Source: Sphagnum compactum (Eukaryota). Taken from it: 64,000 nucleotides of DNA. Under the pieces are notes generated by a model. The model had not been told where the DNA came from, did no database searches, and was given only the letters and a program-made list of their open reading frames with translations. Within the stretch, counting starts at the first letter, position 1. The number at the start of each line of letters is the position of its first letter. The stretch lies in NCBI GenBank assembly GCA_965153455.1, contig OZ234493.1:13010213-13074212 (forward strand), in the 5' to 3' direction. Made by a program: the position numbers and the translations under genes. This document shows positions 13,326 to 24,800 of this stretch, one piece after another.

Positions 13326-14159
13326 TCACCCCTAATCGCTTGAAGCTTCTTCGTTGAGGCCTGAGACCAAAGAGGTGGTGGTGGTGGTGGTGGTGCTTTT
13401 TCCTCTTCTTCCAATGCACAGATCCATGTTAGGAGATTTCGATCTCGGCGATGTTTTTGTCTTGTTGTTGTTGTTGCTGTTCTTCTTCTTCTTCTTCCAG
13501 GCGGCGGCTTGATGACGATGTGCAAAAGTCGTGCAAAAATGTTCTTCCATTCTGTCATATAACGGTTTGAAAATATTCTTCCAAGTGCGGCCGTGTTACA
13601 AGAACAACGAGAACAATCGCTCCTTTTTTGTTGGTTGTGTTCATGGAAGTGCGAAAAGCAATCATTATTGAGGCGCGTCGCTTCGGACCTCTTCTCTTCA
13701 GTGAGTTTCGAATTATTATTGTTATTATTATTATTATTTTGTATTTTTTTTGGGGTTTGAGATTTTTCGGTCGCTCTTGCTTTATACCACATTTCTCTAG
13801 TTCAAGCAGTGCGATGAATCAAGAGTTTGGGAGGGAAGGGGGCCGAGCAAGTTCTGAATTTCGGACACTGAATTGGACAGATTCTGGTTGGTGCAGCAGA
13901 GCTTTAACTGGCCGGAGTGGAGAGTTTCGTCCAACTGCAGCAGTAGCAGGTCAATTCCAATGTGCACCTAATTTGTGCTTTGAATTTGGGATGCAAAAAT
14001 GAAAAACAAGGGTTTTCATACTGCACTTTCTCAACTTTGAAACCTTGGTTGCCATAATTTTTACTCTAAGAAAAATCTTTGAAACTCACAGACGGCCAAT
14101 CCACTCTAGATGTGTCCAACAAATCCAGTGGTGATAAACCTAGTCAAGCTGAGACTGTC

Positions 14160-14470
14160 AGCAATAAACTGATCCTGAAAAACATTCAATTCTTTCCAAA
14201 TGTGGAAATGACCCATGAAGCATGCGCTTTTGGTACCATTGGTATTGCCACAAACTGGATAGAAATTCAGGACATCTTTGTCTCTTGTGGATTTGCATAC
14301 ATCTAAAGACACTTTAATCAAGCAAACAAAACTGATCCTGAAAAGCATTCAGTTCTTTCCAAATGTGGAAGTGACCTTTGAAGCATGTGCTTCTGATACC
14401 ATTTGGTAGTGCCACAAACTGAATAGAAACCTAGGACATCTTCTGTCTCTTGTGGATTGTATATGTGTAT
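14160..14470. repeat. ~163-bp tandem duplication, probably intronic
   Basis: AAACTGATCCTGAAAA.CATTCA.TTCTTTCCAAATGTGGAA.TGACC..TGAAGCATG...GGACATCTT..GTCTCTTGTGGATT occurs at about 14167 and 14329. Confidence 0.85.
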
Positions 14471-14671
14471 CAAGGTTTGACACAAAGGATTTAGCATTGT
14501 TGTGCAGGATGGGCAAAGGCCATTGCTGCACTTGCTAGATTTTTTTGAATCAAAAGTATTTAGTTTGGGTGGTAATTGTGCAGGATCAATTCAATCAACT
14601 CCAGTGTTTCTCGTTGTCAGTTATACATGAGCATAGTCCATGGGCATGAGGAAAGGTAGTCAGTCCCCTAT

Positions 14672-16818
14672 ATGAGGTTGTTACAGTTCTCACCCATTCC
14701 TGCAGTTTCTTCAGGTCACAAAGAGAAGCTTTGGCGGGAGTTCTTTTCAGATCCTTCACAGTGGTGGGATCACAGGTCAGGGAAGGTAAAATTAATCATG
14801 ATTTCTGTTGAAATTTTCTTCATCAATGGAGAAAGGCAGAATAGCTTTGTAATCATAGCCTGGTGGTCCACACAAGTTGTACAGACATGCAATGGGCTGC
14901 ACTTCTTGATTTGGATTTCTGGTCATAGGTGAATGTGAGGTATCCAGATTTCAAGCATAAGAAGCGACAGGAGGCACTCTGGCTTGACGACAGATGGATT
15001 CCTCCTTGGGTTGTTGCGGAAATTGCTGCCCTGGCACCAGGGACAGTACCATTGAAAATTTCTTCATTAAACAGAAGACTTACGAGTTATGTGAAGGCAG
15101 GGCAGTATGAGAAGACATTGGAGGTTTTCCAACAAATGGGAAGAGAACACATAAGTCCTGATAGATTCACATTTGTTCCAGTGCTTAATGCATGTGCTAA
15201 TTTACGGGCACTTCAAGAGGGCAGGCGTGTTCATGAACAAATCATTCAAAGCAGCTGTGAGACTGATGTCTTTGTGGGTACTAGCCTTGTTGATATGTAT
15301 GCCAAAAATGGGAGCATGGAGGATGCTTGGAGAGTGTTCAACAAGATGCCAAAACGCAATGTTGTCTCTTGGACTGTTATGATTCAAGGACATGTGAAAT
15401 GTGGGCAAGGGAAGAAGGCATTGGAACTATTTCGACAAATGCAATTGCAAGGGGTGAAACCCAACCCTGTCACTTTTGTGGGAGTCCTGAATGCATGTGC
15501 AACTGCAGTGGCACTTGAAGAGGGTAGGCATGTTCATGAGCAGATCTTGCAAAGTGGTTGTGAGTCTGATGTCACTGTTGGTAATAGCCTTATTGACATG
15601 TATGCCAAATGTGGGAGCATGGAGGATGCTTGGAGAGTGTTCAACAAAATGCCCGTGCGCACTGTGGTCTCTTGGACTGCAATGATTGTGGGGCATGTAA
15701 AATGTGGGCAAGGGCAGAGAGCATTGGAGCTATTTCAACAAATGCAATTGGAGAATGTGCAGCCAGATCCTGTCACTTTTATGGGGGTTCTGAATGCATG
15801 TGCAAGTGTACTGGCACTTGCTGAGGGTAGGCGTATTCATCAACAGATTATGCAATGTGGTTGTGAGTCTGCTGTCTTTGTGGGTAATAGCCTCATTGAC
15901 ATGTACACCAAATGTGGGAGCATTGAGGATGCATGGGCAGTGTTCAACAAAATGTGCACACGGGATGTGGTCTCTTGGAATGCCATGATACTTGGACATG
16001 TGAAATGTGGGCAAGGGCAGAAGGCATTGGAACTATTTCAACAAATGCAATGGGAAGGGGTGCAGCCAGACCCTCTCACTTTTGTGGGTGTCCTGAATGC
16101 GTGTGCCAGTATAGCAGCACTTGCTGAGGGCATGCAGGTTCATCGACAGATCATTCAAAATGGTTGTGAGTCTGATCTGTTTGTGGGTAATAGTCTCATT
16201 GACATGTATGCCAAAAGTGGGAGCATGGAGAAAGCTTGGAGAGTGTTCAACAAGATGCCTTCACATGATTTGGTCTCTTGGAATGCCATGCTTGGAGGAT
16301 TTGCAATGCATGGGCAGATCAAGGAAGCTCTTACACATTTTGAACTGATGCCCCAAGAAGTTGTAGATGCAGATAACATCACCTTTGTTGGTCTTCTGTC
16401 AGCATGTAGCCATGGGGGCTTGATGGAGGAAGGCCTGCATTACTTCAATATCATGGGTTTAGTTTACAATGTTTCAGCTACAGTGGAGCACTGTGTTTGC
16501 ATCGTTGATCTTCTTGGTCGTGCTGGCCATCTGCAGGAGGCAGAAAATTTCATCAAAACAATGTTGTGTGAATCAAGTGCTTCTGTGTGGACAGCCTTGC
16601 TTGGGGCGTGCAGAATTCATGGTGAGGTGCAGATGGCAGAGCGTATTGCAAATATAATTCTTGAGATTGACCCTGGAAATGCCATGTGTTATGCATTCTT
16701 ATCCAACATCTATGCTGCTGGTGGCAAGTGGAATCTTTCACACAGATATTCAACAACAGAGAAAGAAACAGGTTGTGAAGAAAGAGCAGGGTTGCAGTTG
16801 GATTCAAGTGAACAGTGA
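14672..16818 (+). CDS. PLS-class PPR protein with N-terminal OSB-type PDF motif, truncated in E2 by a frameshift (may be a pseudogene)
   Basis: Exon 14672-14785 joins exon 14929-16818 across a phase-0 GT-AG intron. Spliced product: KEKLWREFFSDPSQWWDHRSGK|VNVRYPDFKHKKRQEALWLD..PPWV, then (P-L-S)x4, P2-L2-S2, E1 and part of E2. The triplets repeat every 303 bp. Confidence 0.9.
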
Positions 16819-17187
16819 GGTGCATTCTTTTGTAGCAGCTGATCAAGACTACCCTAAAATAGCTGACATCCATGCAGAATGGATGAGATTGTCTGGGAAG
16901 ATGAAAGATTCAGGTTATGTGGTAGACACGAATTTTGTTCTGCATGATGTAGAGGAAGGAGAAGTCTCATTTTTGTAAACATAGTGAGAAATTAGCTATT
17001 GCATTTGGGCTCATCAGCACACCTTCTGGTACTCCACTCTGCAATTCTCACAAATTCTAGGGTATGTGGTGAGTGCCATGCTTCCACCAAGTTTAATACA
17101 AAAATAGTTGGGAGAGGAATCATAGTCAGGGATTCCAATCGATTGCATCACTTTGAAGATGTCATTTGCTCATGCAGGGATTATTGG
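16740..17187 (+). pseudogene. Frameshifted E2/E+/DYW cytidine deaminase domain of the PPR locus
   Basis: Successive frame shifts give KKEQGCSWIQVNSEVHSFVAAD..GYVVDT.FVLHDVEE, then HSEKLAIAFGLISTPSGTPL, then RVCGECH..KIVGRGIIVRDSNRLHHFEDVICSCRDYW. The codon after DYW is TCA rather than a stop. Confidence 0.92.
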
Positions 17188-18996
17188 TCATATGCATTCA
17201 AGGCCTTATATCTTTTCTTTTGTTTCTTCACATGTATAATGGCATATACGTACATTTCCAACGTGGTATCCTTTCTTTTACCATAATAATCTTAAATATT
17301 CTCCTAGAACATAGTAATCAAAGACAGAAAATTGAAAAGAATAGACTTAAAGAAAAGACACGGTTAGGTTAAGTGACATGTCATATTAGACATCTACATT
17401 TTGACATAAAAAGTTCATCCTCAAAAGGTTGAATTCACTCTAACAATCTCAAAAGTTCCCAACAATTTCCCATACAATCACCCATTTCCCAACAACATAA
17501 TTGGTGATAGAATTGTCTTTGTGAACTTTTCCAATGATGTTTCAGATGACAACAACTAACATGATGGGTGTTGGAATCTTCCACCCAAACTTTTCCAATG
17601 TGATGGGGAAGTGCAAACTAAAATTTTCTATTGCTATTTTATATACCCATCCCATCAACAGTAGGAAGAAGAAAGGGGAAGTTGCAACAGAAAAGCCTGA
17701 CAAGAACAAAAAACCACCCTAAGGAGTCAGTGCAAAAGCAAACCCTGCATTTCTGGATAGTCATTTTCCTTAAACAAGGGGTTCCACTGCATGAAGTGAA
17801 AGTACATTCAACTTTTGGCCATTTGTTGGAATAAAACATAATCAAATTGGCCTATTGCCCAGTGCAGTTGCCCACCACCGCGCTTAAAAACTGGCTCCTT
17901 GAAAGCAGTCCCAACAAGCTGAATGACTGAGCTTGTCAAGTACAATAGCAATAAAACATCAATCCAGGAGTGACGAAATAACCTTCATGGGCTTGAGAAC
18001 ATGTAACCGCCTGGGCACCCCCTGAAACACCGGAAACTGCTCTCCGTGGCAATGCCTGGCATTGAGACCTACATGGTTGACCATCAGCTGACAAACATTG
18101 AGATAGAGGAGAACCAAAAAAAAGACTCTATCTCAGCACATCAGCAGTTTCTTTCTTATGTCTACTTCTTGTACTAAATCATCACGTATTCTATCAGGAT
18201 ACCAAAGTCAACTGCTAAGTGTAATGGCTTCACCATCACAACTTCTGTTATGATACCAGAAAGCTAGTGAGCCTAAATAGGCAGAGGATGTTAACTGCTA
18301 AAAACCTCATTCCATACCTAGCCCCCAATTACAAGATCCTGACTCACATCATGTCCAAAATCAATAACTGCGCTGGATAATGATAGAAATGAACTGACAT
18401 GGAGGAAAACCCTTTCCATACATGACACCTTGTTCTTGTTATTTATACCCCTGACAAGAAGCAGTCTTGTGACATGAAAACTCAGCTAAAGAGATAACAA
18501 AACACCTAACAGACAGAAAGAAAGGCTGAAAGACACCAGTGCAGCTGAAGGATGTTTTTCAAGCCTGAAAGGGCAGGAGTGAAGCTTTTTGTATGCCATA
18601 TCACGTATAGACAGTGTGACAACATACATGTCTAGAACCTTCCATTTGTTCCTGTCATACCTAAGACACACGTCATCAGAATTTTCTATCCAGTCTGATC
18701 AAGCATAAAGCCAAGAGATCATTTAAGCAAAGAAATCAATGGCAAGGACAGGTTACAGACTAAGACAGCAGGAGGATGACTTGGGGGAAGACTCCACAGG
18801 GTCCTGGCAAGAATCGAAACTGAGTATGCTTAGAACTACTGTATGCTTTTACCACAGAATCTATAAGAGAAAGAAGCAAGACCCCTCACCTAAGGTATAA
18901 ACACTCAAGGTTTCTCACTGTGTGCAAGAGGCATTTGTGCTATACTGTCCTCTTGGACACACAGAAGAAGCTCCCAGAGCCCAAAATGAAGATCTA

Positions 18997-21482
18997 TCAT
19001 GTCCCTGCTCTGTCAGGTTGCTGCTGTTGAGGCTGTTGAGCACCAGGATGACCTGTTACTGGAGCTCTTTGCGTTCCTCCTGTATCTTCTCTACCAAGAG
19101 CAGCTGAGGAAGGCCCGGACATTGGCAACCACTGTTGCTGTGGGTGAAATGGATACCATGGATGAACAGGTGGGACAATGCCTTGTGATGATGTTGCAAA
19201 GTAGTTGGGGGTGTCTTCGTACCTCATATAGTCACTATACAGCGTAGGAAACGATGGTCTAGATCCTGGAAAGCCAATTGTGAATGGGCCAGCATAGAAG
19301 ATTGAGGGAGAATGTTGCATCCCTTCTGGGATTGCAGGAGCCACACAAGCCTGGAAACCAAAATTAGGATGAGGATATGTCTGGCCTGGAACAATTCCAC
19401 TCATCACTGGCATTCTTGGCATCCCTTCATAAGACATCAACCGTCCTGGATGAGGCACTGCAAAGGGTGAGCCATGTGTATGCGTTGGTCGTGTGGGAGA
19501 GGGTGCCATCATCATGTGTGAGCCATGAGGTTGCACCAGTTGTGAGATAGGAAGACGGCTTTGCATGCCATAGCCTATCCTGCCACCCCATTCTCGGTTT
19601 GCATTTGCTGCAGCAGCAGCCATTCGATTGGCATGCATCTGTGCACGTTTATCCACTTGACGCTCCCGCTTGTGAGCATTTTGGTGGCCACCCAGGGCCT
19701 GAGAGCTTGCAAACTCCCTCTTACAAAAGTGGCAATCATACTTTCGATTTTCATTCAAGGGAACACTAGGTGAACCTGAGAGAACACTCACACCTTCTGT
19801 GCCTTGGTTTCCAGTAGTTGGCATGGTAACTGAGGAACATTGCATCTTGCCAGCCTCCCCACTATTCTGACTTGCTTCCACTTCCATCACCTCCTCCTCA
19901 CCAGCATCTTCTGGAATTGCTTCCATTTCCGAAGTCCCTCCTGTGGAGTGGGAAGGAAGAGAATGAAACTCTTCAAGTTGACTGGATCCATCTTGCTGCT
20001 CCTTACCTCTATTGCTCCTACCAATAGTAGCTGCACCTTCATCTCCGTTCCTGCTTGATGTCAATGGCCAGTTCATCTCGACACCAAACAGTTTCACAGC
20101 TTCCCCTCCTCCTCCTACTCTGTCCCGTTCTGCACCTCCCATAGACAGCCAGGGTGTGGTCTCTAACTGGACAAAATCTAGACTGCGAGGTCGGGCTTCT
20201 GATCCAGGTGCTTCATGTCCTGTCCTTCTACCAAAAGCTTGATCAACATCATCATCATCATCCCCCCTGTGTCGTATGCTGGGTGACAAGGCCATTGGGG
20301 GGCATTGATCCGGATGATACAAATGCTCTGACCCTTCTCCTACATCCCGGAAGCCCAGAGCAAGATCTGTAGACTCTTCTTTATCTTTGAAGAAAGAAAT
20401 CCGGTGGGATGAGAATCTAGTCCGATTCAAATCTCTGGATGGAGGAACACTCACTTCAAGATCTTGTGTGTCTTGGTCTTGTGTGTCGTCGTCTTCTTCA
20501 TTTGCTGCTCGTTTGTTGTCCTTGTGGTCATGCTTTAGTCCCTCAGCTATACATACTAGGGTCGAATCCTTTTGCAATTGTAAACCATCTCCCACCTGCG
20601 CCTTTTGCACATTAGATAAGCAAACCCTGAGACAAATGCATGCTATAGCTGATACAAGTTCCACAGATTTCTCAATCCTTTTTCCTCCTTAGCTGTAACA
20701 TGGCAGGCAATAAGTGGGGTGAGGGGGGGCCATGCCATGCATACATCCATTCTTTTGCCCTATCAGAATCTTCTTCTTGTGACATGTGGTGGTGAGAAAA
20801 AACAGATGATCTGAACGTTTCTCCTCATATTTCTTGTATTTTCTTGCAATTTGGGTGTGCAGGTGCATGCACATACATGCAACAACAATTTTACCTTTTG
20901 GTCAAGAGTCAGCTGGAACGGGTCCTTGGCAGCAGCAGCAGCTGTAATTGAGATCTTGGAGCCTTCTACAGCAACCTGTATATCAGCAGCAGCGGAGGGG
21001 GGTTTGTGCTGCTGCCGCTCCTCCTCACTAAACAGTGGTCTTGAAGACTTGTCCTCCGGAGGAGATGTGGAATGCCGCTGCCGCTGCTGTTGTCCTAATT
21101 TCAAGTCCTTGGAGTTCTTATCTAGCTGAAGCCTTGGGGACTTTTGTTGCAAAATAAAAACTTCTTCTTCTTCTCCTTCTTCTTCACCACCACCGCCGCC
21201 ACCAGCCGACTGCTGCTCCAGCGCTGCTGCTGCTATCAATAGAGAGTGATGTGAGAGCTTAGGCCTCTCTGCTCTTCCGAACACGAGATCACCCTGCGTT
21301 TCCCTGTGCCTCTTAGTACTGGATCCCATCGAAGCTTCACTCTCATCCTCACTCTCATCGTCACTCCTCACCGCTATATGTCGTTGCTGCTGCTGCTGCT
21401 CCACTGCTCTCAATCTCTCACTTCGCAGCACCAAGTCGCCAAAACCAGAACCGCGCAATGACAATCCCACAAACCTCGACAT
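18997..21482 (-). CDS. Single-finger Q-type C2H2 zinc-finger transcription factor (ZFP/GIS-like) with EAR-like motifs, about 728 aa
   Basis: Exon 1 21482-20895 (ATG..CAAAAG|gtaaaa) and exon 2 20595-18997 (gcgcag|GTG), both phase 0. Contains YDCHFCKREFASSQALGGHQNAHKRER, KLFGV, DLALG and DLKLG. Confidence 0.9.
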
Positions 21483-21700
21483 CACACAACACACACACTC
21501 TCCTTACACTCCCCATCCAAAACCGCCCCCCCCGCGCCCCCCACACACACACACACTCTGTCTCTGTGTGTCTCTCTCTCTGGGCTTAACTTTTTCTCTC
21601 CACACACACACCTCTCTCTCTCAGATTTACTTCTTCCACAAAACGCCTTCTCCTCCTCCTCCTCCTCCTCCTCCTCTTCTACAACCACCACTCTATCCTT
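21483..21700. repeat. CA/CT/CCT microsatellite-rich 5' leader of the zinc-finger gene
   Basis: Runs of (CA)n, (CT)n and about (CCT)8-9. Confidence 0.8.
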
Positions 21701-22397
21701 CACATCTACTATAACACCAAACAACAGACGCCGCTGCCAGCGCCATAGAACCCTCCTCCTGACAAACTCTTCTCCCCTCTTCTTCCACGACTACCAACAA
21801 CACCGCTACCCCCCAGCGCCGCCGCCGCCGCAGTCACATGTCTAATCCCAGTTTTCCTTTTCCAGAAAATCTTCCCAAACCCGAACTTGTTCCAAATCCC
21901 TCAGCAAACAAGTTCCCTCGGCAAGCAAAGTTCCAAATCTCCTTTTTCTGAGAAGGATCTTTTGCCGCCCTCTTTGTCTGTCGCTCTCTCTCGTCTCGTC
22001 TCTTCTCTTCTCTCGTCTCTCGCGCACTCGGCAGAGAGCCGCTAGAATAGGAGAACCGCGACCGGGGGGAGCGGGAGTGGGACCCACACTTTCTCCGGGT
22101 GATGTCCCTCGAGAGGCGCACGCCAGTAAGAAGGCCGCAGCAAGGCACCGCCGTATCTGCGGCAACGGGTAACGTGTCGGCAGCAACGGCAGAAGCAAAC
22201 AGTCTAGGCTTCCTAGGGACGCATAAGGACCGCAAGGGCGGTTGAATGAATATCAACCACTCAAACACTGGGGGGGGCCAAAGTTTAGGCCCTTGGGGAG
22301 GGCGTGGGGCGAGAGGAGAGACCGACATCCAAGACCAGGTTGGCTCAATGTCAGCCACTCGTTTACATTTAAGAGAATTGAAGAGTTTAGTACTAAG

Positions 22398-22751
22398 CAG
22401 GGTTTCTTTTAAGGATTTTGTAATATAGCCAAAGTGGCGATCATCCAGAAAATAATTTGCCCAAATATTTGGCTACAGACATAATAGATATAAAGCTAGA
22501 AATCTTATTTCTAAATAAAATAAAATAAAGAATAATAATTTCACCCCTCCAGAATCCTTCTATATTCTTGGCTATTTTCTGGAAGTTATCAATCACATGA
22601 GACGGTGGCAATTTGGAAATTTATTAATTCGAGATCTGGCGAATTTGGGCCTTTTTTTTTTTCCCCATGGAAAATCCTTTGTATATAGGTCGAAATTACA
22701 TTTTTCAGGTCGAAATTTGGCGAATTTAATTCGCCATTAAAAGAAACACTG
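22398..22751. mobile_element. hAT-type MITE (354 bp)
   Basis: TIRs CAGGGTTTCTTTTA / TAAAAGAAACACTG (13/14 match) with an imperfect 8-bp flanking duplication GTACTAAG / GTACTAGT. A related left end lies at about 40607-40830 (CCAGTGTTTTT..TAGCCAAAGTGG..TTTGGCTAC). Confidence 0.75.
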
Positions 22752-23136
22752 GTACTAGTACTACTGGGGGGGGGGGGGGGGCGGTTAGTTTTGATTTGTG
22801 ACCACTCGTTGGATGCGTGATTCTGCGTCACTAGTTTTTTTTTGTTTTGTTTTTCCCGGTCCCTCCTTCTCAGCCGTCCTTCTCAGGTGCAATTCTGAGC
22901 CACTCGTTTTGCAACAGTCATTTCTAGCCACCAATTTTGGGTGTTGCCGAATCCTGACTCGTCCCGTTTTTGCCCTTTTTTCAAACACTTTTTCCCAATG
23001 ACACGACCATTTGGGGGAACAAAAGGGCCCCCAGAAAGTATCTCTTTGTTGATTTCCTATTGGCTCGTGTCATCGTGGCTTCGCTCTGGAACTTACACGT
23101 GGCAGCGAGATTGGGTTCGTTTGCTGTTCTTTTCTT

Positions 23137-23240
23137 TTTTCTCTAATTTATTTACTATTCCCCCCCCCGGGTAAAATTTGGCTTCTTTTATTTCTCTAAT
23201 TTATTTACTATTCCCCCCCGGGTAAAATTTGGCTTCTTTT
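23137..23240. repeat. Near-perfect ~53-bp tandem duplication
   Basis: TTTCTCTAATTTATTTACTATTCCCCCCC(CC)GGGTAAAATTTGGCTTCTTTT occurs twice. Confidence 0.9.
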
Positions 23241-23283
23241 ACTCCAATAATCATAAATTACCGTAGTAGTGCCAGGCAACAGA

Positions 23284-24800
23284 ATTAGGGTTAGGGTTAG
23301 GGTTAGGTTTAGGGTTTCGTCTTCCTCGTCTTCCTCGTCGTCGTCGTCTTCCTCCTCCTCCTCCTCTTCTTCTCGTGAAGGAAGACTTAAGGATATCCGC
23401 TCGGCGTGGAACTGGGGGCGCCGGACTTCACGGCACTCTTTCTACCTGCTTCCACTCAGCGAGATTTCATAGACAAGTCTCTTGCATTAGAGTAATGGAC
23501 ATTTGAGTAAGTAGTGCATTTCGTAGGGTTCGCAAATCTGCCAACTGCTGAAGTCACTTTGTGATGGAGATTTCTGGATTGAGTATTATTGGCTTTCTTC
23601 CAGCTTCTGCTTGAGTGTGTGTCATGTCATCCAAGGATGACAACTTTATTGTGAATTTTTTTCCACTGTTGATTTTTTAAAGAAAAATTTAGGTGGATGA
23701 ATTGATGCCAGTAAAGGATGTCCAATATTCGATTTGATTCTCGAAGTGTCTGTCTCTCGCAGTTTTGTATTTGTGTGCTATAGATCAGAGGTTGTTGTGG
23801 CGTAGTTTTTACAACTTTTGGGAAATGTGGATGGCATCAATATGCTGTAATTTTTGTATTGGGTGGAAAGTTCATGAGACTGGGCTCAAAGGACGATACA
23901 AAAGACAATTGTAGCTTGCCACAACCCTTTTTTTTGCATCAGAAGAGACTGGCACCAATTTTTTAAGCTGCTGGATTGACAGAAGAAGAAGTGCAAACGG
24001 GCTATGCAACTGAGGATGCCACAATTCCTGCTAGCAAGGGAGATGCACTTATATGCACCGTGTTGCAGTCAAAAGTCTTGAAAGAAAGTGAGGTCAGTCA
24101 TGAGAATTTGAGCCTCCGATATCAAGCAGAGTAATAATAATGAGAAGGGTTAGCAGGAAAAGGGGTTTAGGGACCAGAAGGAAAGAGAAGCCAAAAGTTG
24201 GTGTTTTCGATCAAACCAGAGTGAGAGCATAATTGAAGGAAGCATGTCTGGCTGGTATATGGGTCCTTCAGCTTCGCCTCTTCATGGTCTGTCAATGTGT
24301 TAAATTCTCCGCTGTCCTGACAGCTTCTAAACCCTGAACAAGAACTTCTGTAGTTTTTCCTGTGCAGATCTCTTTGTTTTAGGGAATTGGGGGGCTGCTT
24401 TCTGGAGTTGCCCATGGTATTTGTGTCTACCATTTGAAGAAATTGTTAACACTACTGAAACCCATCATCAAATGGCACAGTGTGTGTTCCTCCTTCAGTT
24501 TGAACTCTAATCTGGATCAGAGTGAAGTTCATTGCATTGGAAAGTTGTAAATTGGAACACTATGGTCATAATAGTGAATTTTTTTCCCCTAAGTAATCTT
24601 TTGTGTGTGAAGTGCACTTGTTGTCAGGGAACCAGAAAGATTGGTGGGAGCTGGGAATGTGATGAATCCAGATATAGTGGAATGGATTTTTTCCACATTT
24701 CAAAAAAATCACATTCCAAGAAGGTACACATCATTATGCATTTCTCAGAGTGCTGATTTTCAGATAAAATTTTCAAAAGCTTTTTCCATCAGTGCTGTTT
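23284..24800 (+). ncRNA. Candidate spliced non-coding or decayed transcript, divergent from the zinc-finger gene
   Basis: Telo-box-like tract, then a TCC/TCG-rich leader, a strong donor GA|GTAAGT at 23507 and acceptors at about 23762/23783. Gene-like base composition but only short ORFs. Confidence 0.3.

Noticed and set aside
13322-13792. Minus-strand ORFs of 72-156 aa
   Set aside because: Antisense read-through of simple trinucleotide repeats in the PPR locus leader.
21834-22358. 174-aa minus-strand ORF upstream of the zinc-finger gene
   Set aside because: GC-rich, low-complexity promoter/leader sequence with no recognisable domain.
23975-24000. miR156-like TTGACAGAAGAAGAAGTGCAAAC
   Set aside because: Only the 5' half resembles miR156 and I found no convincing star arm.
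24168-24292. Possible miRNA hairpin (GACCAGAAGG.. / ..CCTCTTCATGGTC), loosely miR408-like
   Set aside because: Pairing is too interrupted and the match to known miRNAs is poor.
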